Shown: piece after piece, positions 1 through 11,779 of the stretch | Numbering within the stretch: position 1 is the stretch's first letter | Layout of the letters: every line of letters starts with the position of its first letter | NCBI RefSeq assembly: GCF_016592615.1 | Contig: NZ_AP013043.1 | Location: 120,001-152,000 of the forward strand | Source of the DNA: Isorropodon fossajaponicum endosymbiont JTNG4 | GTDB taxonomy: Bacteria > Pseudomonadota > Gammaproteobacteria > PS1 > Pseudothioglobaceae | Direction of reading: 5' to 3' | DNA: 32,000 nucleotides | The notes under the pieces: model-generated | The model's input: only the letters and a program-made list of their open reading frames with translations | Databases searched by the model: none | Told to the model about the DNA's origin: nothing | Position numbers and translations under genes: made by a program

Positions 1-237
1 AAAAATTTTATTAAAGAGAATGAAGATTTAGTCGTTAAAGGTTTGGGCGTTTCGGGTGAATTTGTAGAATCAAATCAGCTTCAACGCATTGCAGACTTAC
101 CAACTAAAGATCAAGCAATTGGTATCACAATGGCGTTAATGTTAGCACCAGTTGAGAAACTAGTTAGGACCTTAATTGAGGTGCCAACTAAGGCGACTCG
201 AGTAGTGGCAGCAGTTCGCGATCAAAAACGATCATAA
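1..237 (+). CDS. rplJ: 50S ribosomal protein L10, C-terminal part (5' end lies outside the window)
   Basis: Frame 1 is open from nt 1 to the stop at 235-237. The sequence (...[30 protein letters not shown]...) looks like an L10 C-terminus. It lies directly upstream of rplL-rpoB-rpoC, the conserved order. The ORF-track start at 43 is an internal TTG. Confidence 0.85.
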   Translation, partial: KNFIKENEDLVVKGLGVSGEFVESNQLQRIADLPTKDQAIGITMALMLAPVEKLVRTLIEVPTKATRVVAAVRDQKRS

Positions 238-259
238 ATAAATAAAAGGAGTAAATATC

Positions 260-637
260 ATGGCTAAATTAACCAATGAAGATATTTTAAATGCAATTGC
301 CGATATGTCGGTAATGAATGTTGTTGAATTAGTATCAGCAATGGAAGAAAAGTTTGGTGTAAGTGCAGCAGCAGTTGTAGCGGCACCAGTGGCAGCAGTA
401 GATGCAGGTGAGACAACAGTTGAGAAAGATGAGTTTGATGTTATGTTAACTTCATTTGGCGAGAAAAAAGTTGCTGTTATTAAGGCAGTTCGTAGTATTA
501 TTGGACTGGGTCTTAAGGAAGCCAAAGACATGGTTGAGTCTGCGCCAGTAGCAATCAAAGAGGGTGCGTCTAAAGCAGAAGCTGAAGACATCCAAAAGCA
601 GCTTGAAGAAGCTGGTGCTAGCGTAGAACTAAAATAA
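260..637 (+). CDS. rplL: 50S ribosomal protein L7/L12
   Basis: 125 aa with an ATG start preceded by AAAGGAG. It has the typical L7/L12 layout: an N-terminal dimerisation helix, an Ala/Val-rich hinge ([15 protein letters not shown]) and a C-terminal domain ([27 protein letters not shown]...AGASVELK). Confidence 0.96.
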   Translation: MAKLTNEDILNAIADMSVMNVVELVSAMEEKFGVSAAAVVAAPVAAVDAGETTVEKDEFDVMLTSFGEKKVAVIKAVRSIIGLGLKEAKDMVESAPVAIKEGASKAEAEDIQKQLEEAGASVELK

Positions 638-654
638 TTAGTTAAACGCAAAAA

Positions 655-690
655 CCTAGAATCCCCGACAAGGGGATTCTAGGTGTTTAA
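655..690 (+). terminator. rplL-rpoB intergenic hairpin (partial terminator / attenuator)
   Basis: A perfect 12-bp stem pairs CCTAGAATCCCC (655-666) with GGGGATTCTAGG (672-683) around a 5-nt loop. It is followed by TGTTTAATTT. The position matches the known attenuator between rplL and rpoB in enterobacteria. Confidence 0.6.
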
Positions 691-765
691 TTTGTACACT
701 AAATTAAAGTACAAACTCAATGAGAAATTTTTTATATAACACGATCGACTCAATACGAGGTATTC

Positions 766-3700
766 ATGGCTTATTCATTCACCGAAAAAAAGCGAATTAG
801 AAATAACTTTGGTTCTAGAGAATCAATTTTGACCGAACCGGATTTACTAGCAATCCAAATTGACTCATTTAACAGTTTTATCCAAGCGGGTAGCAAAACC
901 AAACAAGATGTTGGTTTGCATGCTGTTTTTCAATCGGTATTCCCGATTACTGCGGTTAATGGCTATGCACAAATTGAGTATGCTGATTATGAATTACAAG
1001 AACCTAAATTTAATGTTGAAGAGTGTAAATTACGTGGTGTAACGTTTGCGTCGACATTGCGTGTTAAATTAAATCTGGTTCTATTTGATAAAAACGGCTC
1101 AACTTTGAAGAAAAAACGCAAAGTTAAGCAAATTATTGAAGAAGATGTTTATTTAGGGCAATTGCCACTAATGACTGAAACGGGTACCTTTGTTATTAAT
1201 GGTACTGAACGTGTTGTTGTGTCTCAACTGCACAGATCTCCTGGTGTTATTTTTGAACACGATAAGGGTAAGACACACTCTTCAGGTAAGATTTTGTTCT
1301 CTTCACGTATTATTCCTTACCGTGGTTCATGGTTGGATTTTGAATATGACCATCACGAGCATTTGTATGTTCGAATTGACAGGCGTAGAAAATTACCAGT
1401 TACCACATTATTGCGCGCTATGGGTCTAAGTAGTGAAGGTATTCTTGAAGCCTTTTTTGAAAAAACTACTGTTAAATTAAAAGCTAAATCATGTGATTTA
1501 AGTATGGCACCGATTCGTCTGCAACGCACAATTGCAGAATTTGATATTGTTGCTAATCAAGATGTGGTGGTTGAGAAAGGTCGTAGAATCACTGCTAAGC
1601 ATGTTAAGTTGCTAGAAAAAGCAGGTGTTAAATCAATCAATGCACCACTAGAGTATTTACTTGATAAGGTAATCTGCGCTGATATTATTGATAAAGACAC
1701 TGGCGAAATTTTAATATCAGCCAATACTGTTATTTCTGAAGAAGTATCGGCGTTATTAAACACCAATAAAGTTAAAAAAATAGAGATTCTTTATATTAAT
1801 GCCTCTGAAACAGGCGCTTACATTTCAGATACATTGCGTTTAGATGAAACGCAAACTGAGATTGAAGCTCGTATGTCTATTTATCATGTAATGCGCCCAG
1901 GTGAGCCTGCCACTGAAGATGCGGTTAATCTATTATTTAACAACTTATTTTTCAAAAACGACCGCTACGATTTATCAAAAGTCGGCCGTATGAAGCTTAA
2001 TCGTCGTTTAGGCATTGGGTCTGAAACAGGCGAACATGTATTAACCAATGATGATATTATTAGTGTTATTAAGTTACTCATTAATATTAAAGACGGTAAT
2101 GATTCTGTTGATGATGTTGATACGTTAGCCAACAGGCGCGTAAGAGCGATTGGTGAAATGATTGAAAATCAATTTAGAATTGGTCTTGTTAGAGTTGAAA
2201 AAGCAGTCAGAGAGGGTTTGAATTTAGCTGAAACAGACGAATTAACCCCACAAGATTTAATCAATTCTAAGCCTGTATCTGCAGCAGTTAGAGAATTTTT
2301 TGGTTCTTCTCAATTGTCTCAATTTATGGATCAAGTGAACCCTTTGTCAGGTGTGACTCATAAGCGTCGTATTTCTGCGCTAGGTCCTGGTGGATTGACT
2401 CGTGAGCGTGCTGGTTTTGAAGTGCGTGATGTGCATCCTTCGCACTATGGTCGTTTGTGTCCAATTGAAACGCCAGAAGGTCCTAATATTGGCTTGATTA
2501 ATACATTGGCTGTTTATGCCAAAACAAACAGCTATGGATTTTTAGAAACGCCTTATCAAGTGGTTAAAAATGGTAAAGTCACTAAAGAGGTGATTTATGT
2601 TTCAGCCATTGATGAAATCACGCATACAATTGCACAAGCAAATGCAACAGTGAATGATAAAGGCAAGTTAATGGACGATCTTATTTCTTGTCGCCGTAAG
2701 AATGAGTTTGTTTTGGTGAATTCATCAGAAGTGACATTAATTGATATTGACTCTAAGCAAATTGCATCGGTAGCAGCAGCACTCATTCCTTTTTTAGAAC
2801 ATGATGATGCGAACCGTGCGCTGATGGGCTCAAACATGCAGCGCCAGGCTGTTCCTGTGTTAAAAGCTGAAAAGCCATTGGTTGGTACAGGTATTGAGCG
2901 TCTTGTGGCAATAGACTCTCGTGTTTGTGTAACTGCTAAACATGGTGGTGTGGTTGAGGCGGTAGATGCATCACGTATTGTTATTCGTGTAGATTCCAAG
3001 CAAACTAAAGCAAGTGAACTGGGCGTTGATATTTACAATTTGACTAAGTATTCACGTTCCAATCAGAATACTTGCATTAACCAAAAGCCATTAGTTAAAA
3101 CGGGTGATAAAATTGCTGTTGGTGATGTCTTGGCAGATGGTCCATCAACCGATATGGGTGAGCTGGCATTAGGTCAAAATATGAAGATTGCCTTTATGCC
3201 TTGGAACGGTTACAACTTTGAAGATTCAATTTTAATTTCAGAGAAGGTCGTACAAGAAGATCGTTATACAACCATTCATATTGAAGAATTAACCGCCTAT
3301 TCACGTGATACTAAATTAGGTCCTGAAGAAATTACTGCCGACATTCCAAATGTTAGCGAGTCAGCACTGGCTAAGTTAGATGAAGTGGGTGTTGTTTATG
3401 TAGGTGCTCGTGTTAAAGGTGGTGACATTTTAGTCGGTAAAGTAACGCCTAAAAGTGAAACAGCGCTTTCCCCTGAGGAGAAATTACTCAGAGCTATTTT
3501 TGGCGAAAAAGCTAATAATGTTAAAGATTCATCATTACGTGTTGGCGCTTCTAAATCGGGTGTTGTTATTGATGTTCAGGTCTTTATACGTGACCGCGTG
3601 GAAAAAGATGCCAGAGCATTAAGTATTGATGCAGAACGCTTAGAGAGAATTAAAAAAGACATTGACGATGAATTTGGCATTATTGATGGTGACATCTTCC

Positions 3701-4848
3701 GTCGCGTACGTTTAAAACTTTCTGGCAATGTGCTAAGTAGGACTGTTGGTGATATTAAAGCAGGTGAGAAGTTAAGTGCTAAATTGATGAAAAAACTTGA
3801 TAATAAAGACATTTCTAAGCTTAAAGTTGAAGATGCAACTGTTAATAAAGAAGTAGCAGTATTGGTCAAACAAGCCAAAGCCAAGCAAGTTGAGTTTGAG
3901 AAATTTTTTGAAGAAGAAAGAGCCAAGATTAACGAGGGTGCGGAATTGCCACCAGGTGTTATGAAGATGGCTAAGGTTTACGTGGCAACCCGTAAAACAC
4001 TCCAAGTGGGTGATAAAATGGCTGGACGCCATGGTAATAAAGGTGTGATTTCACGTGTATCTCCAGTTGAAGATATGCCTTATCTTGCAGACGGTTCTAC
4101 CATAGATGTTGTGCTTAATCCACTAGGCGTACCATCACGTATGAATGTAGGTCAAGTGTTAGAAGTTCACTTGGGTTATGCTGCTAAAGGCCTGGGGTAT
4201 AAAATTGCTGCCATATTAGATGAAAAACGCACTGAGATGGTTAAACAGATTAGAGACTTTTTAGACAAGGTTTATAACTCCTATGGCAAGCAGGAAGATT
4301 TAGCGTCATTTAATGATGAGGAAATTATTGAACTGGCAAATAACCTTCGCGAAGGTGTGCCAATGGCAACACCAGTATTTGATGGTATTAAAGAAGAAGA
4401 CATTAAATCATTGCTTAGATTAGCCGATTTACCAGAGTCTGGTCAAGAACAATTATATGATGGTCGTACAGGCGAGCCATTTGACCGCCACGTGACTGTC
4501 GGCTATATGCACATGTTAAAACTGAACCATTTGGTTGATGACAAGATGCATGCACGTTCTACTGGCCCTTATTCACTAGTGACACAACAACCACTTAGTG
4601 GCAAGGCTCAGTTTGGTGGTCAAAGATTTGGTGAGATGGAGGTGTGGGCATTAGAAGCTTATGGTGCAGCACATACATTGCGCGAAATGTTAACCGTAAA
4701 ATCTGATGATGTCGCAGGACGAGCAAAAATGTATAAGAGCATTGTTGATGGTAAGAATTTAACAGAGTCGGTCATGCCAGAATCATTTAATGTTTTGGTG
4801 AAAGAGATTCGTTCGTTAGGTATTGATGTTGAGTTAGAACAACACTAA
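766..4848 (+). CDS. rpoB: DNA-directed RNA polymerase subunit beta
   Basis: 1360 aa and colinear with bacterial beta subunits ([16 protein letters not shown]..., the rifampicin-region motif [44 protein letters not shown]). Confidence 0.99.
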   Translation: MAYSFTEKKRIRNNFGSRESILTEPDLLAIQIDSFNSFIQAGSKTKQDVGLHAVFQSVFPITAVNGYAQIEYADYELQEPKFNVEECKLRGVTFASTLRVKLNLVLFDKNGSTLKKKRKVKQIIEEDVYLGQLPLMTETGTFVINGTERVVVSQLHRSPGVIFEHDKGKTHSSGKILFSSRIIPYRGSWLDFEYDHHEHLYVRIDRRRKLPVTTLLRAMGLSSEGILEAFFEKTTVKLKAKSCDLSMAPIRLQRTIAEFDIVANQDVVVEKGRRITAKHVKLLEKAGVKSINAPLEYLLDKVICADIIDKDTGEILISANTVISEEVSALLNTNKVKKIEILYINASETGAYISDTLRLDETQTEIEARMSIYHVMRPGEPATEDAVNLLFNNLFFKNDRYDLSKVGRMKLNRRLGIGSETGEHVLTNDDIISVIKLLINIKDGNDSVDDVDTLANRRVRAIGEMIENQFRIGLVRVEKAVREGLNLAETDELTPQDLINSKPVSAAVREFFGSSQLSQFMDQVNPLSGVTHKRRISALGPGGLTRERAGFEVRDVHPSHYGRLCPIETPEGPNIGLINTLAVYAKTNSYGFLETPYQVVKNGKVTKEVIYVSAIDEITHTIAQANATVNDKGKLMDDLISCRRKNEFVLVNSSEVTLIDIDSKQIASVAAALIPFLEHDDANRALMGSNMQRQAVPVLKAEKPLVGTGIERLVAIDSRVCVTAKHGGVVEAVDASRIVIRVDSKQTKASELGVDIYNLTKYSRSNQNTCINQKPLVKTGDKIAVGDVLADGPSTDMGELALGQNMKIAFMPWNGYNFEDSILISEKVVQEDRYTTIHIEELTAYSRDTKLGPEEITADIPNVSESALAKLDEVGVVYVGARVKGGDILVGKVTPKSETALSPEEKLLRAIFGEKANNVKDSSLRVGASKSGVVIDVQVFIRDRVEKDARALSIDAERLERIKKDIDDEFGIIDGDIFRRVRLKLSGNVLSRTVGDIKAGEKLSAKLMKKLDNKDISKLKVEDATVNKEVAVLVKQAKAKQVEFEKFFEEERAKINEGAELPPGVMKMAKVYVATRKTLQVGDKMAGRHGNKGVISRVSPVEDMPYLADGSTIDVVLNPLGVPSRMNVGQVLEVHLGYAAKGLGYKIAAILDEKRTEMVKQIRDFLDKVYNSYGKQEDLASFNDEEIIELANNLREGVPMATPVFDGIKEEDIKSLLRLADLPESGQEQLYDGRTGEPFDRHVTVGYMHMLKLNHLVDDKMHARSTGPYSLVTQQPLSGKAQFGGQRFGEMEVWALEAYGAAHTLREMLTVKSDDVAGRAKMYKSIVDGKNLTESVMPESFNVLVKEIRSLGIDVELEQH

Positions 4849-4861
4849 TTAGGAGAATTCA

Positions 4862-7800
4862 ATGAGAGATTTATTAAAAATTCATAAGTTAGAGCAAAAA
4901 GAGCAAGATTTTGACGCAATTAGAGTTGGGCTGGCTTCTCCTGAGAAGATTCGTTCATGGTCATATGGCGAGGTTAAAAAGCCTGAAACTATTAATTATC
5001 GTACCTTTAAGCCTGAAAGAGAAGGCTTGTTTTGTGCCAAAATATTTGGTCCCATGAAAGATTTTGAGTGTTTGTGCGGTAAGTATAAGCGCATGAAGTT
5101 TCGCAACGTTGTGTGTGAAAAATGTGGGGTTGAGGTAACGTATTCAAAGGTTCGTCGTGAGCGCATGGGTCATATCGAATTAGCAGCACCAGTTGCGCAT
5201 ATTTGGTATTTAAAATCTTTGCCTTCACGTCTGGGATTGTTGATGGATATGACACTCAAGGATATTGAGCGTGTGCTTTATTTTGAAGCATTCTTAGTGA
5301 CTGATTCAGGTTCAACACCACTTGTGCATAAGCAGTTATTAACTGAAGAGATGTATTTTGATGCACTAGATGAATATGGTGATGACGAGTTTGAAGCAAA
5401 AATGGGTGCAGAGGCTATTCAAGATGTCTTATCCGACATGAAACTTGAGGTTGAAGCGGCTAATTTACGCGAAGATAGTTTAAATACAAAAAGTCAAACT
5501 AAACTTAAAAAATACAATAAACGTCTTAAATTGGTTAATTCATTAATCCAATCTGGCAATAAGCCTGAATGGATGGTGTTAAAAGTATTACCAATTCTTC
5601 CGCCTGATTTACGTCCTTTAGTGCCATTAGATGGCGGTCGTTTTGCGACTTCAGATCTTAACGACTTATATCGTCGCGTAATTAATCGTAATAATCGTTT
5701 AGCACGTTTATTAGAGCTTGACGCACCTGAAATTATTGTTCGCAATGAAAAGCGCATGCTACAGGAGGCGGTAGATTCACTCATTGATAATGGTCGTCGT
5801 GGTCGTGCTGTGATGGGTAATAATCGTCGTCCTTTGAAGTCTATATCAGATATGATTAAAGGCAAGCAAGGGCGTTTCCGCCAAAATTTATTAGGTAAGC
5901 GAGTTGATTATTCAGGTCGTTCAGTGATTGTTTGTGGGCCCTATCTTAAGTTACACCAGTGTGGCTTGCCCAAGAAAATGGCATTAGAATTATTTAAGCC
6001 ATTTATTTATAATAGATTACAAGCTAAAGGCTTGGCCTCAACTATTAAAGCTGCCAAGAAGATGGTTGAAAGTGAATCACCAGAAGTGTGGGACATTTTA
6101 GAAAGAGTCGTGCATCAGCACCCGGTTTTACTAAACCGTGCACCAACATTACACCGTTTAGGCATTCAAGCATTTGAACCGCTATTGATTGAAGGTAAAG
6201 CTATTCAGTTGCATCCACTTGTGTGTGGTGCATTTAATGCTGACTTTGATGGTGACCAGATGGCAGTGCACGTGCCTTTATCTGAGGAAGCACAACTAGA
6301 AGCAAGAACACTAATGTTGGCGTCTAATAATGTCTTACACCTTGCTAGTGGTGAACCTATTATTGTGCCTTCACAAGATGTTATCTTGGGTCTTTACTAT
6401 ATGACTCGTGAAATGATTAACCAAAAAGGTGAAGGGCTAATTTTTGCAAATACAACCGAAGCGCTTAACGCTTATGAGTCTGGCAATGTTACCTTGCATG
6501 CCAAGGTTAAATTACGCATTCAGGATTATCAAAAAATTGATGGTAAATTTGAGCCTAGCACTAAACGTATCGTTGATACCACGGTGGGTCGTGCGATTTT
6601 TTCAAGAATTTTGCCGAATGGCTTGTCATTTGATTTAATCAATGAGGCCATTAATAAAAAAGTAGTTTCTAATTTAATTCATGTTTGCTACCGCACGCAA
6701 GAATTAAAGCAAACGGTTATGTTTGCTGATCAAATGATGTATATGGGTTTCCAATATTCAACCAAATCAGGTATTTCATTTTGTTCAAATGATATGATCA
6801 TTCCAGACTCTAAAGCCATGATGATTGAACAGGCAGAGGTTCAAGTTAAAGATATTCAGGAGCAATTTTCTAAAGGTGTTGTGACCGATGGTGAACGCTA
6901 TAACAAGGTGATTGATATTTGGTCACGCACTTCTGAAAAAGTGGCAAAAGCCATGATGGACGAGATTGGTTTTGAAGATTTTACTGACGCTGATGGCAAG
7001 ACTCAAAAACTTGCCTCATTTAACTCGGTTTATATGATGGCCGATTCAGGTGCTAGGGGTTCTCCTGCACAAATGCGTCAGTTATCAGGCATGCGCGGAT
7101 TGATGGCGAAGCCAGATGGGTCAATTATTGAAACGCCAATTACATCAAACTTTCGTGAAGGTTTGAACAATATGCAGTACTTTATTTCTACACACGGGGC
7201 ACGCAAAGGTTTGGCTGATACAGCACTTAAAACAGCAAACTCTGGTTATTTGACCAGACGTTTGGTGGATGTTGGACAAGACTTAGTGATTACTGAAGAT
7301 GATTGTGGTACCGATAATGGCCTGATTATGAAGGCAGTGATTGATGGTGGTAATATTGTACAAACCTTGGGTGCAGCAACATTAGGTCGAGTGACAGCAG
7401 AAGATATATTAATGCCAGATTCAACAAAGGTGTTTTTAGAAAAAGGTCATTTGGTCTCTTTGGATGATTCAGACAAGATTAATGAATTAGGCATTGAGTC
7501 GATGAAAGTACGTTCGACTATCACTTGCGATACACGTTATGGTGTGTGCTCATCATGTTATGGTAACGACATGGCACGTGGTCATAAAATTGGTGTGGGT
7601 GAGGCGATTGGTGTTATTGCAGCACAATCTATTGGTGAGCCAGGTACACAGCTAACCATGCGTACTTTCCATATTGGTGGTGCTGCATCTGCTTCTACTG
7701 CGGTTAGTAGTGTCAATGTTAATACGGATGGTGTTGCACACTTTGAAAACTTAAAATCTATCACTAATGAAAACAATGATTTAGTGGTCGTTTCTCGTTC

Positions 7801-9049
7801 TTCTGAGGTCACCATTCGTAATAACAAAGGTCAAGAGGTTGAACGTTATAAAATTCCTTATGGTGCGATTGTGCATGTGCAAGAAGGTGGTAAGGTTAAA
7901 GCAAAAGACAAGATTGCTGATTGGGACCCGCATACGCATCCTATTATTTCTGAGCAGGCAGGTCGTGTGATTTTTGTAGATTTTGTTGAAGGTGTGACGG
8001 TTAATAAAAATACCGATCCATTGACGGGTTTAACGTTCTTTGAGATGATTGATGAAGCTGAAAGATCCACGGCAGCAAAAGGACTAAAGCCGTTAATTAA
8101 AATGGTTGAGGAAAGTGATTCTGAAGTTGTATTATCAACGCATTATCTACCTTCAACTGTTAAGATTAACTTAGATGACAATCAAGTCATTGTGGCAGGT
8201 GAGGTGCTGGCTAAAATTCCTAAAGATTTGTCTAAAACAAGTGATATTACAGGCGGTCTGCCACGTGTTGCTGATTTATTTGAAGCGCGCAAGGCTAAAG
8301 ATCATTCAATTCTTGCAGAAGCAACTGGTGTCATTAGCTTTGGCAGTTCTACCAAATCTAAAGACCGTTTAATTATTACCAGTGCAGAAGGTGAAGCCAT
8401 TGAAATGATGATTCACAAATGGCGTCAAATTAACGTATTTGATGGTGAAACCATTGAAAAGGGCGATGTGATTTCAGATGGTCCATCTAACCCGCATGAT
8501 ATCTTGCGTCTATTGGGTGTTGAGGCATTGGCTAATTATGTTGTTAGAGAAGTTCAGAATGTTTATCGCTTACAAGGTGTTAATATTTCTGACAAGCACA
8601 TTGAAGTCATTGTTAAACAAATGCTACGTAAAGTTGAGGTTCTTGATGCAGGTGATTCATCATTTGTTAATGGTGAAACTGCTGAATATGGTCGAGTCAT
8701 TGAAACTAATAAGCAATTAGAAGCACAAGGTAGGGACTTAATCATCTATCAAAGATTGTTAATGGGTATCACTAAAGCGTCTTTGGCAACGGAGTCGTTT
8801 ATTTCTGCTGCTTCGTTCCAAGAAACAACCCGTGTGTTAACAGAGGCTTCAACAACAGGACGTGTGGACACACTCCAAGGCTTGAAAGAAAACGTGATTG
8901 TGGGTCGATTAATTCCAGCGGGTACCGGCTTTAAACATCATCAAAAGCGTCGCGCTCAATATGTTGCAAGGATTACGCAAGCAGTTGATGCGCAGCAGGC
9001 ACTGGCTGATCAATTAAACGAAGCAGAGGAGCAAGCACAAGAGGGGTGA
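4862..9049 (+). CDS. rpoC: DNA-directed RNA polymerase subunit beta'
   Basis: 1395 aa. It carries the Zn-finger CLCGKYK...CEKCGVEV, the catalytic [12 protein letters not shown] motif, and a gammaproteobacterial-type trigger-loop insertion. An AGGAG RBS lies upstream. Confidence 0.99.
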   Translation: MRDLLKIHKLEQKEQDFDAIRVGLASPEKIRSWSYGEVKKPETINYRTFKPEREGLFCAKIFGPMKDFECLCGKYKRMKFRNVVCEKCGVEVTYSKVRRERMGHIELAAPVAHIWYLKSLPSRLGLLMDMTLKDIERVLYFEAFLVTDSGSTPLVHKQLLTEEMYFDALDEYGDDEFEAKMGAEAIQDVLSDMKLEVEAANLREDSLNTKSQTKLKKYNKRLKLVNSLIQSGNKPEWMVLKVLPILPPDLRPLVPLDGGRFATSDLNDLYRRVINRNNRLARLLELDAPEIIVRNEKRMLQEAVDSLIDNGRRGRAVMGNNRRPLKSISDMIKGKQGRFRQNLLGKRVDYSGRSVIVCGPYLKLHQCGLPKKMALELFKPFIYNRLQAKGLASTIKAAKKMVESESPEVWDILERVVHQHPVLLNRAPTLHRLGIQAFEPLLIEGKAIQLHPLVCGAFNADFDGDQMAVHVPLSEEAQLEARTLMLASNNVLHLASGEPIIVPSQDVILGLYYMTREMINQKGEGLIFANTTEALNAYESGNVTLHAKVKLRIQDYQKIDGKFEPSTKRIVDTTVGRAIFSRILPNGLSFDLINEAINKKVVSNLIHVCYRTQELKQTVMFADQMMYMGFQYSTKSGISFCSNDMIIPDSKAMMIEQAEVQVKDIQEQFSKGVVTDGERYNKVIDIWSRTSEKVAKAMMDEIGFEDFTDADGKTQKLASFNSVYMMADSGARGSPAQMRQLSGMRGLMAKPDGSIIETPITSNFREGLNNMQYFISTHGARKGLADTALKTANSGYLTRRLVDVGQDLVITEDDCGTDNGLIMKAVIDGGNIVQTLGAATLGRVTAEDILMPDSTKVFLEKGHLVSLDDSDKINELGIESMKVRSTITCDTRYGVCSSCYGNDMARGHKIGVGEAIGVIAAQSIGEPGTQLTMRTFHIGGAASASTAVSSVNVNTDGVAHFENLKSITNENNDLVVVSRSSEVTIRNNKGQEVERYKIPYGAIVHVQEGGKVKAKDKIADWDPHTHPIISEQAGRVIFVDFVEGVTVNKNTDPLTGLTFFEMIDEAERSTAAKGLKPLIKMVEESDSEVVLSTHYLPSTVKINLDDNQVIVAGEVLAKIPKDLSKTSDITGGLPRVADLFEARKAKDHSILAEATGVISFGSSTKSKDRLIITSAEGEAIEMMIHKWRQINVFDGETIEKGDVISDGPSNPHDILRLLGVEALANYVVREVQNVYRLQGVNISDKHIEVIVKQMLRKVEVLDAGDSSFVNGETAEYGRVIETNKQLEAQGRDLIIYQRLLMGITKASLATESFISAASFQETTRVLTEASTTGRVDTLQGLKENVIVGRLIPAGTGFKHHQKRRAQYVARITQAVDAQQALADQLNEAEEQAQEG

Positions 9050-9070
9050 TATTAACTTTTGCTTAAAAAT

Positions 9071-9108
9071 AAAAAACCGCATTAATCAAAATTGATGCGG
9101 TTTTTTTA
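9071..9108 (+). terminator. Rho-independent terminator after rpoC
   Basis: A 10-bp stem pairs CCGCATTAAT (9077-9086) with ATTGATGCGG (9091-9100), including one G-U pair, around the loop CAAA. It is followed by T7 (9101-9107) and preceded by an A-run. Confidence 0.8.
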
Positions 9109-9154
9109 TTACAAGGTTTAAAATACTTAGAATTTCTACATAAATACTGTTTAT

Positions 9155-10609
9155 ATGAATCAATCTAGTTTCAATCAATTTGTTGAACAGGGCTACAACC
9201 ACATTCCCGTTTTTAAGGGGGTGGTTCTAGACACTGATACCGCACTAGGTTTGTACTTAAAACTGGCAGATACGCCTTATTCCTATCTTTTTGAATCCGT
9301 ACAGGGTGGAGAAAAATGGGGTCGTTATTCGATGATTGGTTTGAGTGCACAAACCGTTATTAAAGTATTTGGTTATAAGGTTTGTATTGAGAGAAATTCA
9401 CAACAGCTTGAGTCATTTATTGTAAAGGACCCGCTATTATGGATTGAACAATATCAACAGCAATACAAGGTGCCAAAAATTGATAATTTGCCAGAGTTTA
9501 ATGGCGGTTTAGTGGGCTATTTCGGCTATGAAATTATTCACTATATTGAACCAAAATTAAAACATACCAAGCAAAAAGATGAGCTTAATATTGCGGATAT
9601 TATGCTTATGGTGTCTAATGATTTGGTGGTATTTGATAATTTAGCCAATAAAGCTTTTTTAATGACGCACATTAATCCTGCCAAGCAAAGTTTTAAAGAT
9701 GCGCAATCAAGATTAAGTGAAATCGAACATCAGATTAACCAACCTTTAATTAAAAAAGACTATCAATCTGATCATCTTAGTAGTGCAGATTTTATCTCTA
9801 GCTTTGGCGAACAAAACTATAAAGTTGCAGTTGACACCATTCAACAATATATTAAGGCTGGTGATGTCATGCAGGTAGTGCCTTCACAAAGACTTAGTAC
9901 AACATTCAAAGCACCACCAATTGAGTTATATCGACAACTTAGACGCCTCAATCCGTCGCCTTATATGTATTATCTCAATTTGGATGATATTATGATTATT
10001 GGTTCTTCACCAGAGATTCTCACTCGTGTGGATAGTAATAGACGTGCAACCGTTAGACCTATGGCGGGTACTCGTGTGCGCAGTAAGAACCACGCCCAAG
10101 ATTTGGCATTGGAGCAAGACTTACTAAATGATGAAAAAGAAATTGCAGAACATTTAATGTTGATTGACTTGGGTCGTAATGATTTAGGTCGTATTGCAAA
10201 AACGGGCACCGTTAAGTTGACTGATAAAATGTTTGTTGAACGCTACTCGCATGTGATGCATATTGTATCGAACGTTGAGTGTGAGCTTAAAGACGATGTA
10301 AGCGTGATTGATGTTCTAAAAGCAACCTTTCCAGCAGGCACACTCAGTGGTGCACCCAAAGTGCGAGCAATAGAAATTATCAATGAGGTTGAACCTTTAA
10401 AACGTAATATTTATTCAGGTGCAATTGGCTATTTATCTTGGCATGGATGTATGGATATGGCAATTGCTATTCGCACTGCTGTGATTAAAGACCAAATGCT
10501 TTATATTCAAGCTGGAGCGGGCATTGTTTATGACTCTATAGCACAATCAGAGTGGGATGAGACTATGCATAAAGCTCAAGCACTAATTAAGGCTGCAAAG
10601 CAAGTTTAA
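9155..10609 (+). CDS. trpE: anthranilate synthase component I
   Basis: 484 aa. It has the N-terminal Trp-feedback region (YSYLFESVQGGEKWGRYS) and a chorismate-binding C-terminal domain (GTLSGAPKVRAIEIINEVEP..RNIYSGAIGYLSW...DMAIAIRTA). No trpG or trpD follows it. Confidence 0.94.
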   Translation: MNQSSFNQFVEQGYNHIPVFKGVVLDTDTALGLYLKLADTPYSYLFESVQGGEKWGRYSMIGLSAQTVIKVFGYKVCIERNSQQLESFIVKDPLLWIEQYQQQYKVPKIDNLPEFNGGLVGYFGYEIIHYIEPKLKHTKQKDELNIADIMLMVSNDLVVFDNLANKAFLMTHINPAKQSFKDAQSRLSEIEHQINQPLIKKDYQSDHLSSADFISSFGEQNYKVAVDTIQQYIKAGDVMQVVPSQRLSTTFKAPPIELYRQLRRLNPSPYMYYLNLDDIMIIGSSPEILTRVDSNRRATVRPMAGTRVRSKNHAQDLALEQDLLNDEKEIAEHLMLIDLGRNDLGRIAKTGTVKLTDKMFVERYSHVMHIVSNVECELKDDVSVIDVLKATFPAGTLSGAPKVRAIEIINEVEPLKRNIYSGAIGYLSWHGCMDMAIAIRTAVIKDQMLYIQAGAGIVYDSIAQSEWDETMHKAQALIKAAKQV

Positions 10610-10882
10610 AAGGAAAAACTCAATCAAATAATTTCTTCTTGTTTGACCATTTGCTTGTTCCTTTTTGAAGAATAACTTGCTCTTTCTCTGTAAATATGTG
10701 CATTGTAAACTTACAATAAGCAACATTAATTTTTTTATAAATGGTATTACTTGCAATTGGTATGAAAAGCTACTTTGAAATAAGGTTATAAAACATAGAC
10801 ATTACGTGACATTATTTTTAGAATATTATAATATAACGCTTTAATAAAAGAGTTGCAAAGTATTTTTAAGTGCTATATCATT

Positions 10883-10927
10883 CCTCTCGTCAAGGCTTAA
10901 CGCCTTGTTGAGGGATTTATTTTTTTA
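10883..10927 (+). terminator. terminator-like hairpin plus T-tract directly upstream of the soxX RBS (possible distant trpE terminator, sox leader attenuator, or 3' end of a small RNA)
   Basis: The core stem pairs CAAGGC (10891-10896) with GCCTTG (10902-10907) around the loop TTAAC. An outer stem pairs CCTC (10883-10886) with GAGG (10910-10913). It is followed by ATTTATTTTTTTAT. The structure is oriented for the plus strand only. Confidence 0.4.
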
Positions 10928-10945
10928 TATAAAGAGGAGAGAAAT

Positions 10946-11293
10946 ATGAAGAAAACTATTTCTTCTATCTCAGCAGTTGTGACATTGGCAACATTATTTA
11001 TGATGCCAACACAAGCAGGTGTTAAAGAGATGACGGGCGAAGAGGTAACTTTTGGTCGTAAGTTGGGCAATTGTCTAGCATGTCATATGATTCCAGGTGG
11101 AAGTTTGCCAGGAACAATTGGGCCACCACTACTTGCAATGAAAGCAAGATTTCCAAAAAAAGCTGATTTAAGAGAGCAAATTTGGGATGCGACTATTAAG
11201 AATCCACATTCAATTATGCCTCCGTTTGGTAAGCACCAAGCGCTAACCGAAAAGCAAATTGATCAAATTACAGATTTCATTTATTCAAAATAA
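10946..11293 (+). CDS. soxX: sulfur-oxidation c-type cytochrome SoxX (monoheme)
   Basis: 115 aa with a signal peptide (MKKTISSISAVVTLATLFMMPTQA) and a single heme site, CLACH. A GAGGAGA RBS lies upstream. It is the first gene of a soxXYZA array. Confidence 0.85.
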   Translation: MKKTISSISAVVTLATLFMMPTQAGVKEMTGEEVTFGRKLGNCLACHMIPGGSLPGTIGPPLLAMKARFPKKADLREQIWDATIKNPHSIMPPFGKHQALTEKQIDQITDFIYSK

Positions 11294-11303
11294 GGAGAGC
11301 AAG

Positions 11304-11747
11304 ATGAAAAGAAGGTTATTTCTAAAAAGTGCGATGACAGGTTCTGCAGTTGCTACAGCAGTAGGTGCAGGCTTACTAACACCAAGCATGGTTTTTGCTA
11401 ATTCTGCAAGTTTTAAGGCTAAATCAGATGTAGCAAGTGCTTTGATTGCAAATGCTGGTCAAGGTTCATTCAAATTCAAAGTGCCTAAGATTGCTGAGAA
11501 TGGTACAGTAGTACCAATGACGGTAGACGCTTCTAAAATTAAAGGGGTAACAAATATTTCTTTTTATATTAAAAATAACTCTACCCCTTTAGCAGCTTCA
11601 TTTAATTTATCTGGTGCCCAGGGTTATGTGTCTACTCGTGTTAAGATGGGTAAAACTTCTCTAGTAATAGCATTAGTGACAGCAGGTGGAACAACAACTT
11701 CTAAAACTCAAGAAGTCAAGGTAACAATTGGCGGCTGTGGCGGTTAA
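11304..11747 (+). CDS. soxY: thiosulfate-carrier protein SoxY
   Basis: The start was reset to the ATG at 11304, which follows AAGGAGAG. The ORF-track start at 11259 overlaps soxX. The protein has a twin-arginine signal (MKRRLFLKS), the IAENGTVVP motif, and the diagnostic C-terminal GGCGG. Confidence 0.93.
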   Translation: MKRRLFLKSAMTGSAVATAVGAGLLTPSMVFANSASFKAKSDVASALIANAGQGSFKFKVPKIAENGTVVPMTVDASKIKGVTNISFYIKNNSTPLAASFNLSGAQGYVSTRVKMGKTSLVIALVTAGGTTTSKTQEVKVTIGGCGG

Positions 11748-11779
11748 TTAACTAATCATATTAAAAGGAGAATATAAAA

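Noticed and set aside
232-651. A 139-aa minus-strand ORF antisense to rplL, plus similar long antisense or out-of-frame ORFs inside rpoB (for example 2595-2999 and 3576-3926), rpoC (5494-5865, 7582-7827), trpE, dnaE, recA, the ABC gene, tgt, mrdA and mreB.
   Set aside because: They lie wholly inside strongly supported conserved genes and have low-complexity Ser/Ala/Thr-rich or odd compositions typical of shadow frames. None has an RBS or a recognisable domain.
9108-9154. Possible trp leader-peptide attenuator upstream of trpE.
   Set aside because: Only about 46 nt separate the rpoC terminator from the trpE ATG. There is no leader ORF with tandem Trp codons and no alternative hairpins.
10823-10834. 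A perfect 12-bp palindrome, ATATTATAATAT, in the sox leader.
   Set aside because: It consists only of A and T in a very AT-rich spacer, so it is expected by chance. It overlaps a plausible -10 hexamer and is not a distinct site.
11259-11303. ORF-track N-terminal extensions of soxY (11259), soxA (12089), recA (21363), the hypothetical ORF (22751), tgt (24952) and mrdA (28315).
   Set aside because: Each extension lacks an RBS and overlaps the upstream gene. It adds residues absent from homologs as I remember them. Internal starts have good Shine-Dalgarno sequences and give canonical N-termini or signal peptides.
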